The notes under the pieces are model-generated. The model did not search any database, was not told where the DNA came from, and worked only from the letters and a program-made list of their open reading frames with translations. Below are positions 1 through 13,436 of a stretch of DNA of 64,000 nucleotides, in pieces. Each line of letters begins with the position of its first letter. Position 1 is the first letter of the stretch. This stretch comes from Laetmonice hystrix. Its lineage: Eukaryota. The stretch spans positions 11,596,001 through 11,660,000 of the forward strand of contig OZ249436.1 in assembly GCA_965235115.1 (NCBI GenBank), read 5' to 3'. The translations under genes and the position numbers were made by a program.

Positions 1-639
1 GTCAGTTGCACACACTTTTGGACAACTTTTGACATTAGGCAATGTTGCATGGCAAGTCCGTGTTTAGAATATACATTTGTAAACGGGGCGTATTTCGTTT
101 ATGCTCTCATTTGCAAGTTGTGCTCCTTCAAAAAAATGATAAAATGTCGAAAACATACTTCAGTAGGAGAAGGGGGCGTGTAGTGACTTTCCAGAAAAGG
201 ACTTGTAATTAGAGAAAGTCTATGTGTAAATCAAATGAAAAGTTATTACATGGAATAAATTTCATTCTAGTAGGCTGCTACTGAAAAACTCATAAGATGC
301 TTAGGCCTACTATACATTGCCCGCCCTTTGCTGTAGAGTCATCGGAAAGGTGCATCTAAACTAAGTTGGGCATTCAATCAAAACTTGTATCAGTTCTCCT
401 TTGAGTTGGTCTTAGGCACAACGCGTGGCACAAATTCCTTTAGAGCTATTTCTTGAAAATGTACACGATTAAAAATCATCGACATAGATATATAAAACAG
501 AACAAAAGTTTGGGCGCAGAAGGAATCATGGCATATAACTTCGTCATCATGTCTGACATTTACGATTAACTGAGAAACTAAAGTAAACGAGACCCCTCTG
601 GATTTTATTTTCATTTTGAACCGAGATCGGAGAACTTAC

Positions 640-827
640 TTTGGACTTGCCACCTTCATGGCACAGTGTATGGGAAACCGTCCCGACATGGTCAGGTTTG
701 GGTCGGCGCCCCATCGCAGGAGCTGCTCGGCGGTTTCGGCTTGACCACTGACACAGGCTGTGTGTAAGGCACTCTCACCAGCTAAGTTCAGTTGGTTTAT
801 AACTGTAGGGTCCTTAGAAGCCAACAA
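640..827 (-). CDS. PLA2G6: PLA2G6 coding exon 5, ankyrin repeats (LLASKDPTVINQLNLAGESALHTAC...RFPIHCAMKVASP); gene continues past the window edge
   Basis: Acceptor tttattttcCAG, donor AA|GTAAGT; 188 nt. Matches recalled human LNQVNNQGLTPLHLAC...YPIHSAMK. Confidence 0.93.
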
Positions 828-3800
828 CTGGAAAATAAAAGAAACTAACGTTAACCTGTATGTTTCAGTCAGTTTCATTGTTTGACTGTCAAACGATTGA
901 GGTTCTAACGATATTGATTAAATTTAGCGATGTAATAAAAGAAGTCCGGTTTGACATTGAGTGAGGGAGACCGCGACGGGCGTGCACCAGTCTGGTGCTG
1001 CCATCTATGTGGCCGCATTCAGCCCGACACATCTCAGAGAGCATGTTATTGGGGAAAGCAAGCCCGTCAGATTATAGACTCGGGGTAATTAAACATTACC
1101 TGACTATCACAGCTTAAACAGAATGTAACACATCATGACTAGCCCTTCATTGTCCGAGTCTTTTATCGGTGATATCAAGGTACAGTAAACCAGTAGAATA
1201 TTTAGACGAGAAGCATACTTATACTTCATCAAAGGGATTCACAGCAGGAGTTTATACTGAAAGGCCTGCTGAAGTTTTTCTCTTGTTATAGCTGTTATTT
1301 CTACAAGAGTTAATTGAAATTTTAAATGTTGCTTATTTCATGACGTTATCTATCTGTTATGTACGGACAACCTTCATTTAGTTATTTTGTTGATTGGACA
1401 GAATATGTTTGAAATGTTACCAAGAACGACCCTTGATTCTATTTTCTTTAGTACTTCTGTTGACTGAGTACAACATAGATCTTGATAAATCTCGTGTAAA
1501 GGAACAAATGACGCTTATTCTTTGACAATTTTAAATAACCAGATATTAATTAATATAGCTTCATCCACTTAAAAAAATACTTTACTACCAACTGCACAAA
1601 GAAATACGATAACTATAAGGCTCTTATAAATAATCTGTTCGCACTAGTGGTATTGGGGGAATCTAAAATATTTGCACGAAAACATTAGAAATCCGTACAA
1701 CCTTGCTCTGTTACGATACGTTTCGATGCTTGTATTTATTTCAATTACTCGATGACACCGCACAGTAGTACGATATTATCCGCTTGGGGACACGCACCAT
1801 ACCTGGTGACTACCTGGTATAACATTTCAAATTTTGAAGTCATTTAAGGATTCTGCCTCCTTATGAGACAAAGCATTTCAAACGTAGAGAAATGAAACGG
1901 TTATCTAGAGAAAAATGTGGCTTCCCTTCAGTTTCAGATATCGGGGGTATACTGCTACAGGGTATTTATTCTTACATTTTATGCTGATTAAAAACACCTC
2001 ACAAATAACTACTATAACTTGTTTAAACTGACCTTGGTGACGCTCCAAGGTGGCTGGCATGACTCTGATTTTAACTGCGCACTTCAGACACTTAATTAGA
2101 GTATGAAGCATCGCGTCTGAACTCAGCAATTATCATACTTATATAAACATTACACAAGTACTTCTGCAAAAATGTTAATGGGTGCTTCAACATCAATCTT
2201 TTTTTCTACTTTTTCATGACTTCAAGAACTTTCAAACCAGGTTTTTTCAACAGTGCGGGGCAGCACAGGTTTGTGATCATCTCTTTCCACACAAGAACTG
2301 AGACGATTTCTTGGCTAGATTGTATGATGGCTCTGCCACCAGATATAGTTTTTCATATTAGAAAACTAATTCTTGACAGTAAAGTGAACTACCTTTCTAC
2401 AAAATGAAGTTTGAAACATCAACACTTTATGGACTTGAGGTGTCATGCATCTTCTATGATATACATCACAGAATATCAGCACATGTCAAGTAACAACCGC
2501 CAATGTCAATGTACATGTAATGTTATAAAATGATCAGTTGCACAATCTTCCAGGGTCCTGCCTAGAGAGCACACTGCAGACATGACAAGGTTCCATCGAT
2601 CACGCTATGCCATACAGGCGTGACTTTTAAAGATGATGACAGCCCAAAGTTGATCTTTTGTGTGCACTTCAGTTTGATGGTCTAGTCAGGCCACCCCAAC
2701 CCTGGGAGCTTAGGTCCGCATGCTTTTCTCCTGCCAAGCTTTTCCTCCGTTTGCCCAAGTATCTAGTTTATTACTACAAGGCCACATAGCTCCCCATATC
2801 AATGCCCAAATCACGTCTCGAGGATGCCATTTAGACGACGTCGGGATTGTTTTGATCGATAGCCATTATAATACATGTGTAGGCAGGGGGTTTCCCGCTC
2901 CTTGAGTGAAGCACTATTGTGTTGAGGTATTGAGCATGGTTCTCAGTGTCCCGACTATCCTTAAATGTGCATACTTCGTGACATTTGGTCCGACATCTGA
3001 ACGGCTGTTTTAGCACATCAAGCTTGTGGCAAAATGACCTCAAGGTGCAGCCGATGGTGATATGAATACCGTTCAACAACTCCAGCCTTCTACCGCATGT
3101 CTGTCTCGACAATTTACAAATGTACAAAACGCACCCCGATTCTTATACCTGAATTGATTAAGAATCTGCCACAGCAACATCACAATGAGCGTGCAGCTGA
3201 CGGCCTAAAGACATGTTACCCTCTGGTCTAAAATATCTAAGAAACTTCCCTTTTTGTGGTACTTTTAACCGCTAGTATACAGGGCAGATATTTGTCATGG
3301 GGGCGCGAGCCATTAATTTCCACTCAATGGTCTTCAAGAGCTGCAGGTCTGCCGCGTTGCTATATTCATTGTATTTGCTCCAGGTTCTACTTGTTGCATT
3401 ATTAATTACAAAATGATCTTGACACTAACTATTCATTTTTATCCTCGCTGCTCAATAAGGGAGAATGATACACCACTCATGGAAATACTGTTTTGCAAGG
3501 CTGTGCATGTACCACTTCGTCTTAAAGTAAAAACTCTGTGTGTGGAAAAAAGGAGAAAATTCAGCCCATAAGAATGCGCCAATATATCAGTTAATTTCTG
3601 CGTCTTTTATATTACTCTGGAGGGGAGTCTGTGGGACTATGACGAGCGCTTGGGGTGCATCGTTTGTATGTACATGTCTACAGACAATCGAGTCTGTTAA
3701 TAAATGTGCCTGGTCCAAGTCGTCAGAAACGTGACACGGTGGTACCTATACAATCAGCAGGTGTTCAGTTACTCTGACTTTATCATAGTTGAAGAAAAAT

Positions 3801-4811
3801 TCACCTGTTAAAGTAGAGAATAACTTACACAGGCAGATGGTCCTTTATTATGAGTTTTCCTGCAGTTGACAAGCAGACAGACCGTACACTAAACTACCCA
3901 AGACGTAATGAGGGCCCAGCCACTACACCTGTTTTGGAAAAAAAATCAATCCCAATGATGATAACTGTGATAACTTTTAAAAATTATAAAACTTGCTAAT
4001 TTCAGCTTGCCTACAACTATTGGGTTGGTGTTGTTGCGAACCGTTTCGAACACACTTTCACCTGATAGGACAAACCTGTCCTGCTGAGGACAACTGTGTG
4101 GGATACAGAGCGTTTGAGATAAAGTGTCATGTCAGCAAGTCGTCTGTGACTAATATATAGCACAGTTGACAGATATCTCCCCCAACCCACAGGGCTATTG
4201 TATGAGGTCCCTGCAAACTGCCCTCGATTTTAAGGTGAGCTTTGCTCAACTGGCCATAGCCCCGGGCCTATAAACAGTCTAAACCTTCTCTTCACGCTCA
4301 TGTAACCTGAGCAAGGCCACTGTCCTAAACCCATTTGGATCAACATCGACTGAGGTGTGCCCCACTAGCTTTCATTATAGCTCAATAGGAATTCCTAGGG
4401 GGTCCCTCTCCCATCCTAAATCTATCTTCTCCTGTGTATGACCTCTGGGATGAATTGGCTGGCAATTCTGCTGCTCTCTGTTGGCTATGAAAGCCTAAGT
4501 GGCAACTTATGAATGGTTAATTGGGAACCTGCGATTTTCTGAACCTAGTTCGACGCTGATTCTGTCAGCAAATGTTCATGAAAGTCTTTTAATGACCGAG
4601 ACGCTTTTGTACGTTACATAGCTGGCCGACCATAGAAAGTCATACTTTCAAAACGTCAGGGGTTTTAGTGGGAACGGCCCAAATATGTGTCACTGTGTTC
4701 AAAGGGAAATAATAGCTATTAGGGTCACGGTCGCTAACCAACGGTTCCTAATTCACGGGTCGATGGTATTCCATTTAAATTTCAGTGGTAAACTTTTCCT
4801 TTCCACTTCAC

Positions 4812-4992
4812 CTGCGTTATTTTGGGGTTGTTGCACCGAGCGGCGTAGTGGAAGACGTTGTCACCATTCTTGTCAGCCAGATCGATGTTGACGCCGGCGA
4901 CGACCAGTTCTTGAACGGTGTCCAGGCGGCCGCGCTCGATGGCCACGTGTATGGGTGCCATCAGGCTCACCTCGCATACACTGTCCAGCTGC
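4812..4992 (-). CDS. PLA2G6: PLA2G6 coding exon 4, ankyrin repeats (QLDSVCEVSLMAPIHVAIERG...DLADKNGDNVFHYAARCNNPKITQ)
   Basis: Acceptor ttcgtgtctgTAG, donor CAG|GTGAAG; 181 nt, phase 2 to phase 0. Ankyrin motifs PIHVA and GDNVFHYAA (recalled human GETVFHYAV). Confidence 0.93.
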
Positions 4993-5122
4993 CTACAGAC
5001 ACGAAACCAAACGTTAATACATTCACTCATTACAACATGTACTCAGGTCCTGTCAAGGAGCAGTATTCATCATACCACCATATGGCACAAAGCATCTGAT
5101 AAACTAAAAAAAAAGATATTAT

Positions 5123-5822
5123 ACAAATATGGCACTTGGTTGAGTGCAATATGAAAATTTATGGCACGATGGCAATTGATATTGCACGACGCGAAGCGGA
5201 GTGCAATATCAGTTTCCAGAGTGCCATACATTTTCATATTGCACGATACCAAGTGACATATTTGTTTTATTTTATGACTGCCGCACTTTTCCTGTCTATG
5301 CCCGGACCCATCGACGACTGCACAGTCAGTTTAACTACTCCATAAAGACTCATCTAGACCTATAGGCCTACCGGTACGCTGAGCCTCAGTGAGTCAGTAC
5401 TCACAATTCTACCAGTAAACCATGATCAAAACCATGACCAATCTTAACAATCAGTCACCACATAAACTTCTCATGTCGAGAAATTAGATAGGCTACAGGG
5501 ATCCATCGTGTTCACGACTGCTTTATCTAGCTAGGCCTAGAGCTAGCCTAGACTAGAGGCTATACAAGATTCTGAAATCAGCCTCGCGTAGTTTCCGCTT
5601 TGCTATCATACGCTCTCACCCCTCCAGGCTGTTATATTAAACTTACGTTAAGAATGCCTAAGTGCCTATTTGCACGCGGGGGTGAGGACACTTGACGGCA
5701 ATGAAAAAGTAATATTGACTGGTCAATATTACTTTTTCCGTGCAATATTAGTTTTTATCTGTGATCACGTGACAGGGAACTGACCAATCAGGACAGGGAA
5801 AGTGCGGCAGCCATAAAATAAA
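5123..5822. mobile_element. Crypton-like non-autonomous element with nested hairpins
   Basis: Hairpin 5123-5265 centred on gcacgacGCGAAGCggagtgc. A second inverted pair, tttatgactgccgcacttttcctgtc (5271-5297) and gacagggaaagtgcggcagccataaaa (5792-5818). A perfect 17-bp-arm hairpin at 5703-5738. The gcgaagc core is recalled from CryptonV-type elements. Confidence 0.6.
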
Positions 5823-8800
5823 GGCCTATATGGTCTCCTTCGTTTGAAAAGTTTAGTATTTAAAGATATGAAATTAGACCAACGTAGGAGCGCCGGCCGA
5901 TCTCGACGCACGAACAAACAAACAGGGTTGACTGAAACCTGTCGCCCGCCCCGAGTTCTGTTAAAATGGGATGGTGCCTCCAGACTTTGGCAGCTTTAAA
6001 AAATGTTAACATACACATACCGGGGGATGCCCCCCCCCCCCCAAAAAAAAAAAAAAACTAAGATACAAAGTGAAATTGACATTAACTCCTGCGGTGCCCT
6101 TCAACGGCAGACACTGAGGCGTCCGGGTAAGAATTTACAGTAGCCTCAAAATATCAGAGTAACTAGAGGCCCTCATTGTGCTGACTTTTCTTCTGGCAAG
6201 AGCCGTGTCTCCAAAACAACCCCCGAGTGCTCGGTCGGCGAACCTCGCTGATATCTGGCGAAGTACGTGTAAAAACATATAACCCCCAAACCTTACATTA
6301 CACTGTAGTATCAATCACAAACACCATTTCTCTTTAACAAACAATATAAAAAACAATACCACAGAAGAAAAAAAACTGTTGTGACTAATCTTAAACCGGG
6401 ACATTTTGGAGAAAGTTTTTTACCTGTTCAACTAACGTTGGTTGTCATATATGTAAAAAGTACTAATTTTTATGTTGAATATGCCTTGGTGCCGAATTTA
6501 ACTACAGCCCCATTTTTATGCAAAGGATATTTCAACTATAGGTTACAAAAGGACAATTACATTGAAAAAAACACTTTTTGTGAAGTTGGATTCTAAAACG
6601 CAGACTTATTACTAATCAGCTAGAAAGATGTGAGCCTAATGTGGTCAACATTGCACGATTAACAATAAATCACTTGGGCAAACTACAATATTTTCATAAA
6701 AGTTCCATTTTCTTGAATAACTTGAATCACCAATTCAATGTTAATGTGTCCTAGCTCGGTTCTCCAGTGTACTTTGTTCATAAAGAGTGTTCACGGGTTA
6801 TCAGTTTTAAATAACAGCCGTAAGATGGGGATGTCCTTAATGTTGGAATGCCGCCATAAGGACTGGCGAGTGACCATGATAACAGCCTAGATAAACGTGG
6901 CGACCCACTGTGGAATATGGAGCGTTGAAAAGTCAGGTTGCACCCGTTAATTCGGGTCGTTGAATGTGTGTGTTATCAACTGCTATTAAATCATTAATTA
7001 AACACAGGGTTGTCAACGTTTTAAAGAGTAGCAGGGTACAGGGCCTGAAGTAGGGTGCAGAAAATACGGACAAAGTCCATATCCGAGCACCTAAGGGCGC
7101 GAGGCATTTTGCAAAAGAAATTTGAAAAACAAGACTCTCTGAGGTGCATTTTCCAGGCATGACTGAGGGGCAGTTATCTACCCAGGAAACACACCAGAAA
7201 AGGTGTGCTTTCTATTCTAGTTTGAAAAATTTGGGCCAGTTGGCATGGATCTCACACTTCTTGTGTGGGAATCCAGGCCTTTAGATTATTGAATTTGGGA
7301 TAATCAAAACGGGGGGACCGGTGGCCCTCCCCCGGGAAATTTTGAAAAAACAAGACTCTCGGCGGTGCATTTTAAGGTAGAGAAAAATGAAAACGTTGAA
7401 AAAATTATTTTTTTGTCATCCTGCAAAAGGTAGGGGGCGGCAAAAACTACTATAGCTTGGAGTCAATGTACTTTCCGTGCTGGAAACCAGCAGACCGTTA
7501 CTGTCAACTTATTTCTACCGTCTAAGAGACATCGTCATTCAATACGCAAGAAGTCTGACGTTCGCATTAATTTTAATACGAAAGGTTTTTCGTCACTATA
7601 CTCATGCTTGAACTACCTGATTACGCTATTTGAATGTGCGTTTTCTTTTGTCGAGAGCAAGGCAATTTGGCCAAGGTGTAGGGGCCTAATTAAAGTTATA
7701 ATAATACTTATTTTGGCATACTTGAAAATACTGCTCAGGTCGTGTATATAAATGTCCCGAAATCGGATTTGGAACCAGTCATTTGTGTTCCATCGTCGTT
7801 ATAAAATTATAATTAAATTACCAAGTCCATCTATTACTGAAAGTCGGTTATAGCGACTGGGACAAAACAGTTCCCCGACTGAAGCTTCGTAAAACGTAAT
7901 CGTCGGTTCTCTTAATGATCACTTTTACCTAATGTAGCACAAACAAAATTTTCATGTCTGGTATAATTTCGTGCCAGTTGAAATCTTGAATGGAATGTAT
8001 TCCTTGCTGCGTACAAACCCTCTCATTGTTGTAGAACTGCGCTGTCCAGCTGTAAGGACGGCCGTATAATTGTGTTCATCAGTCAGTGTTTTATTACACT
8101 ATCTCCGACAACACCGACGTTCACACACAAGGTGGAGTATGAGGACTGCCATCAGAGTCACGCCCCTCGAGAAGTAAGTCTTCTCTACACCACCCTGCCA
8201 TTTATAATCAAACATTTCTCAGAAGAAGGGAAAGTAGTCTGGTCAACAAAATACTGCTGTGGGTAAAAAAATAAGCCGGCCTTTAATAGTTTGCCGCTGG
8301 ATGCTGTTTCCGCCCCAGGGTGTACACATTATCATGTAACCTTGTCCACTTTCTGCCCAATCACATAACCCGTGTTTTACTTTATTGTAAATCGGGAGCT
8401 GTACAGTGCAGGTTCTTGTTGCGGGCAGTACTACTAATAAGTCTGTTAGACTACTGCAGAGCTTTCTCCTGCTTTCTCCGTCCTCACCACGATTATTATC
8501 GTTCAACAGACTGGGCCCATGACTGAATAAACCCGAAAACTTGTTTTGCCCAGATCAAGAAATAAAGGATCCTCCCGAAACAATGATAATACTTGGGTAT
8601 GGAAATGAATGCGATTTGTGGCAACGCGACAGTTGAGGCACTCGGTAGATTTTCAGTATCTGGAGACGTGTCTAGAGACGGCATCGAGTTACAACGGAGC
8701 TCACATATTGAGTATTTTAGCATCCCAACAATTCATTGAACACGAAAAGTGATTCCTGTGTATCGGTATATCCAGGTGAGGGTTCTACAAAGATTATAAT

Positions 8801-11800
8801 AAAACAACATTATCTAATCTCCTTGGTTTTCCAAGCTCTTACGGAAACCGCATTACCGTCTAAAAATAGAGGCTTGAATCTGTAGCAGCAAAGTACACCT
8901 GCCAATGAGTCATCAAGTTTTGAGTACAATCAGAATTAATCATGCTACCTGATGTAATACCTTTCATATTGAGACGACATTGTTTGCCGGTATGTTTGCC
9001 CTGAGCGCCCCATCGCAAATAAACGTCGGCGTCCCGTGTCAACCCATCAATCTCATCGTCCCAACGCTTTATCTTGCCATGACAACTGCTTCATTTACTT
9101 ACTTCTAGTGGCGTTATCAATCAACATAACCTGTCATTAAAATAATCCACTGGACATTCTCTAAAGCCACCGTGTTCTTATAAAAAGGTTTAGATCATCG
9201 TTGTGTGTCAATTTTCAACACATTTCTTTGCAGGAGTTAATTTTCAAACTATAATACTGTCAAGAAGGGGTACTGGGGCGTTTACCTTGCTAGGTGGTCT
9301 TTCGCTTTCCTAACTGATATCCTGAGAATGGTAACCAAAATGTCTGCCGGCTACGGGGTTAGAAGTTGAATTTCTCCGCCATCCGATATCTTTTCTATCG
9401 TGTCCAAGCATTAAAGGGATCATCTCACCCGCCGGATAGGCCAGAATCTTCAGATCTATGCTCACCTCCTCACCACTGACGTACTTTATGGCACTGAATG
9501 TTTTTCATATTGATCCTGTTAACACCTCCTATGAGTAGATAGCTGTGAAATTATCCCTGGTGGTGGAAAAATGACAAAAACTAGCTGGAGTGCACGCTCA
9601 CACGATGAATGCCGCCGTTTTGGCATGTCGCCGAATCGTTTGAACGTTGTGTTGTTGTAGTGTAGATTCGAAATCTAGTCGAATATAAAAAAACAACTGC
9701 CGAGGTCTCGGAAGCCAAGTAGGTCATTTTCAGTGACTGAAATAAGATTTGGCGACTTTTTGAATGTATTTTACCTGCAAAGTTCAAATCGAAAGGTGGT
9801 GGAGCTTTGCATCATATTGGGGACCACCAATACAGACATATTTTTTGGGAAAGACTACGTATGACTTGAAATTAGTGAGACAACCACTTTAACACAGAGC
9901 GTTTAAAACAGAGGAAAGAGAAACTGGTATTATACATATATCAGCACAATGTATGGCCACTTCGTATTATCGCCCAGGCAAAGCAGTTATAAATACTGAA
10001 CAGGGGCCACAAGGCGACACTGGCGAATCAAATTACGTCTCACTGATAACTGTGATTTGTTACAGATCAATTTTCTGGTAGGTTTATAAGGTGGCCGTCA
10101 CAGTGGGTCTACCGCTTCTTCCAATCACTGCCTAAAATTGTAACTGATAGGTCAAGCACTTCTAAACTTTAACATATAAAAACTATATATTATAAATAAT
10201 CATTATTTACATGAAGATTGAAGTCATGTAGTCTAGATTAAACTGCCAAACACTGAATTCTAAACCGGCCACAAAAGTTGGAAGTAAAGGTGAAGGCACT
10301 TAAGTGTCATTGAACCGAAGCATGGCATGCAGATCTGTGAGCTTGCGAGGTCGGATCGATGAGTCAGAAACTGTCTGTACAACCAGTTCTACCATTGCAA
10401 CATCTTCACTCAATAACATACAGTGATAACGTTCGATATAGGGTTGAAAACAAACACCCGCCCCTCTCTTACTTGCACCCCCCCCCCTCCCGATCCTATG
10501 AAGAATGACACAATATAATGTAAAAAGAAAATCAGAATGGTGAGTGCTCTATTAACATCCCGTGCACGACACGTGTTCAACTCCCGGCAACAGATCCGGC
10601 AGCGTCCACTGTCCTTCAACAATATTCACTGTACTCAGTAATTATACTAGTTTGCGTACTCGTTACATATTATCAATATTAATATAACATAAATGTCTAT
10701 TGAAACCGACGTTATAAAGGCCTACGTGGCACTCAGCTTGACTTTATGCCAAATCATGCTACTGAAGTAGGGGCCTCATTGACATTTAACTTTGCATAAC
10801 TAAAGCTCCAGGGGAATTGTGGGTGTCAATATAACCTGCACTTCTGGTTGACACTGAACTAAATACAGTAGACTTCGCATATAACGTACTGACTGGGACC
10901 AGAGATTTTGTCTGTTATATGCGAAGTCTGTTATACGCATAGATATACAGTAATTTGAATTATCGTTAGACGGGACCGGGACTTCCAGTTTCACTACGTT
11001 ATAGGCGATTGTCTGGTATATGCAAGGCCGTTACATGCGAAGTCTACTAGAACAATTTCTGAGCAGGGGAAGCCCCCCCCCCCCCCGACTTCTGAGTACC
11101 GGGACTGGGGCCAAAATGTAATTGGGATCTCCGATTGTGGTTTCGCGAGAGATACATTGACAATAATGTTGACCACTTTGGTCCATTTAATACATGTATT
11201 TATTCAACTATACGGAGAGGTCGCACTGAGTGGGAGAGGGTCTCGCCCGGGGCTTAATCACCAATGTCTAGCCATGAACCTCGCACCTTCTCTATAATAG
11301 TCACATCCATGGACCGCACATGTAACAGTTCGTTAAATTAACTTTCCGACTATTTTCTCCACTGATAAATAATAAAGGCAGTACGTCACTTAAATGCCAC
11401 TAGTTTACTTAGACTTGTAGACTTAAAGTATCAAATGTTTGGAGGGTAAAGCCATAAATATGTCTTGTTAAAAAATGCTCATAAATCTTCAGCTACAGTT
11501 CTATATTTCGTTCTATAATGTCAGTTTAGATTAAGACACGGCTGTCAATTCCATCAATCATGAAGCTGCTATGACAACTATTCGCCATACCCTGTCACAA
11601 GGCTGACGTTCTTATGTAATTACACTTGATTTATTTTACAAGACGATATCTGAAACCAAAGCCTTGAGTCAAGGGTCTGTCCACGGGGCAAAAGTAACTC
11701 TCCCTGAAATGTCGAGTCTACGACACCACCAAACGTATCATCTGGGCATGCATGCTAGTTAGGCACATATTGGTGTTTATGAATATAATATCGACAGGTT

Positions 11801-13167
11801 CACGTCAGTAAGCCGTGGTTGTGTAGCTACTCTTCTTATCACAATAAAATCACAATAAGTTTTCACAATAAAACTACTTGGTCAAGTTGGTGTGTTCTGT
11901 CAAAAACCTTCATGCGATACACACAGAAAGTCTTGCTATGGTTCTCAATAATACGGCTATAATTCCTGGCTATGAAGGAAGGGGCGCACATTTGCTAAAT
12001 ATTTTAATGGTGCCTTTGCCTGAAGTCAATTCTCAGCGCCACTCCGGTGCTGATCAGGAACTAAAAGTCACCAACATTTATCCTGCAGGAGCGAGGCACC
12101 ATTCTTGACAAGTGTCATGTCACTGACGGCCCTCAACATTTAAAGTGGCACCCCAAATACTTTCCTTTGAGCCCCAGTGACACCATGTTAAAATTTCAGA
12201 TTCGAGCGATAGCCAGAGTATTTTTAAAATGGAGTTATGGTAGGGTCCCGAGTTACCATTCGGTCCGACCGGTATTTTCTGAAGCCAGCGCGGGTAATCT
12301 AAATATAGACCGAAACCGAAACATACTTGTAGAATTTTAATTATTGCAAAGTAAAACTGTGTTTTAATGAATCTGTCTCTAGTTTGGCTATAGGCTATGA
12401 TAGAGGCTGTAGTGGCGAGTTTGTTGTCTTCGCCCACAGGAGAGCGCCACCGAGAAGGGCTGTGTAGGGAGTAGTTTACAAGTGCCATGAAATGTCCTGT
12501 GAGACACCTTTGAACTTGTGTTTCTTTTTCTGCCACATGGGACACATGAGCCTCATGGGACACAAAGGACAGAGTAACTTCATGTCTTTAGTCCTATCAC
12601 TCTAACTAAAATGTTCTGCTTCAAATCTTCAAAATAGTCAAAAAAATTCCATGGCCAGAAGCCAAATAGAACAGACGCTCTGCCGTAAAGTTGGAGAAAG
12701 CTACCTAGAAATAGAATGTACTGTTTCAAATCTTCAAAATAAACAGATTTTTCATAGACAGCTTCCAAATAGAGCCAACGCCTTCCAGTAAATTTTGAGA
12801 CAAATCTTTTAACAACAATTATAAGGGGACATTCAGTTGGTAACCTTTCATAACAATTCTTTGAATAAATTCATCTTTCACTACATCTGTCCTTTGTTTC
12901 AGATTTATAGCATTTTACATGGTAAGATACTATGGACCAATTAAAAAATGTTTAAGAACGTATTCATCCTTCGGGTCTGCTAGCCTGACTGGCTGGTACG
13001 ATTTTTATAATGTTGACATATGAGTAGACCGAACAGTAACAAATGCTCACAGAGAAAAAAATTGAACATTGTTTCTAACTACAAGAGATGGTTTATGAAA
13101 CGCTTAGGAAGGACATCAAGTGCATGTTCAAATAAAGGCGTTTCTAGGGGGATCACATTGCGTGAAG

Positions 13168-13436
13168 CAGTGGCGTATCTAGAGGGTTTCCAAGTATCCC
13201 GGAAACACCCCCCACCCGTTGAAAAAATTGCTATATTAAGGATATATTTTTGTTTTTAAAAAAATAAAAAAGGAGTGTAAAATGCATTATTTTAACCAAA
13301 GGAAATCTTCATATTTCCACACAAGATGTCCCGAGATTGCATTATTGGATGTCTTTTTTGTATTATTTCCTAATGGCCTCTCTGAAGTACCTAAACTTCG
13401 GAAAACCCCTTTAAAAAATTTCTGGATACGCCACTG
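13168..13436. mobile_element. hAT-like MITE
   Basis: TIRs cagtggcgtatctaga / tctggatacgccactg; flanks cgtgaag / cgtgagg (imperfect TSD). Confidence 0.8.

Noticed and set aside
2500..3200. Coding-like stretch, possibly a retroelement remnant
   Set aside because: Too degraded; no ordered set of motifs could be identified.
3829..3927. Possible cryptic minus-strand exon (CAG...GTAAGT) in intron 4
   Set aside because: It has an immediate in-frame stop and a poor polypyrimidine tract, and the flanking exons already join in frame.
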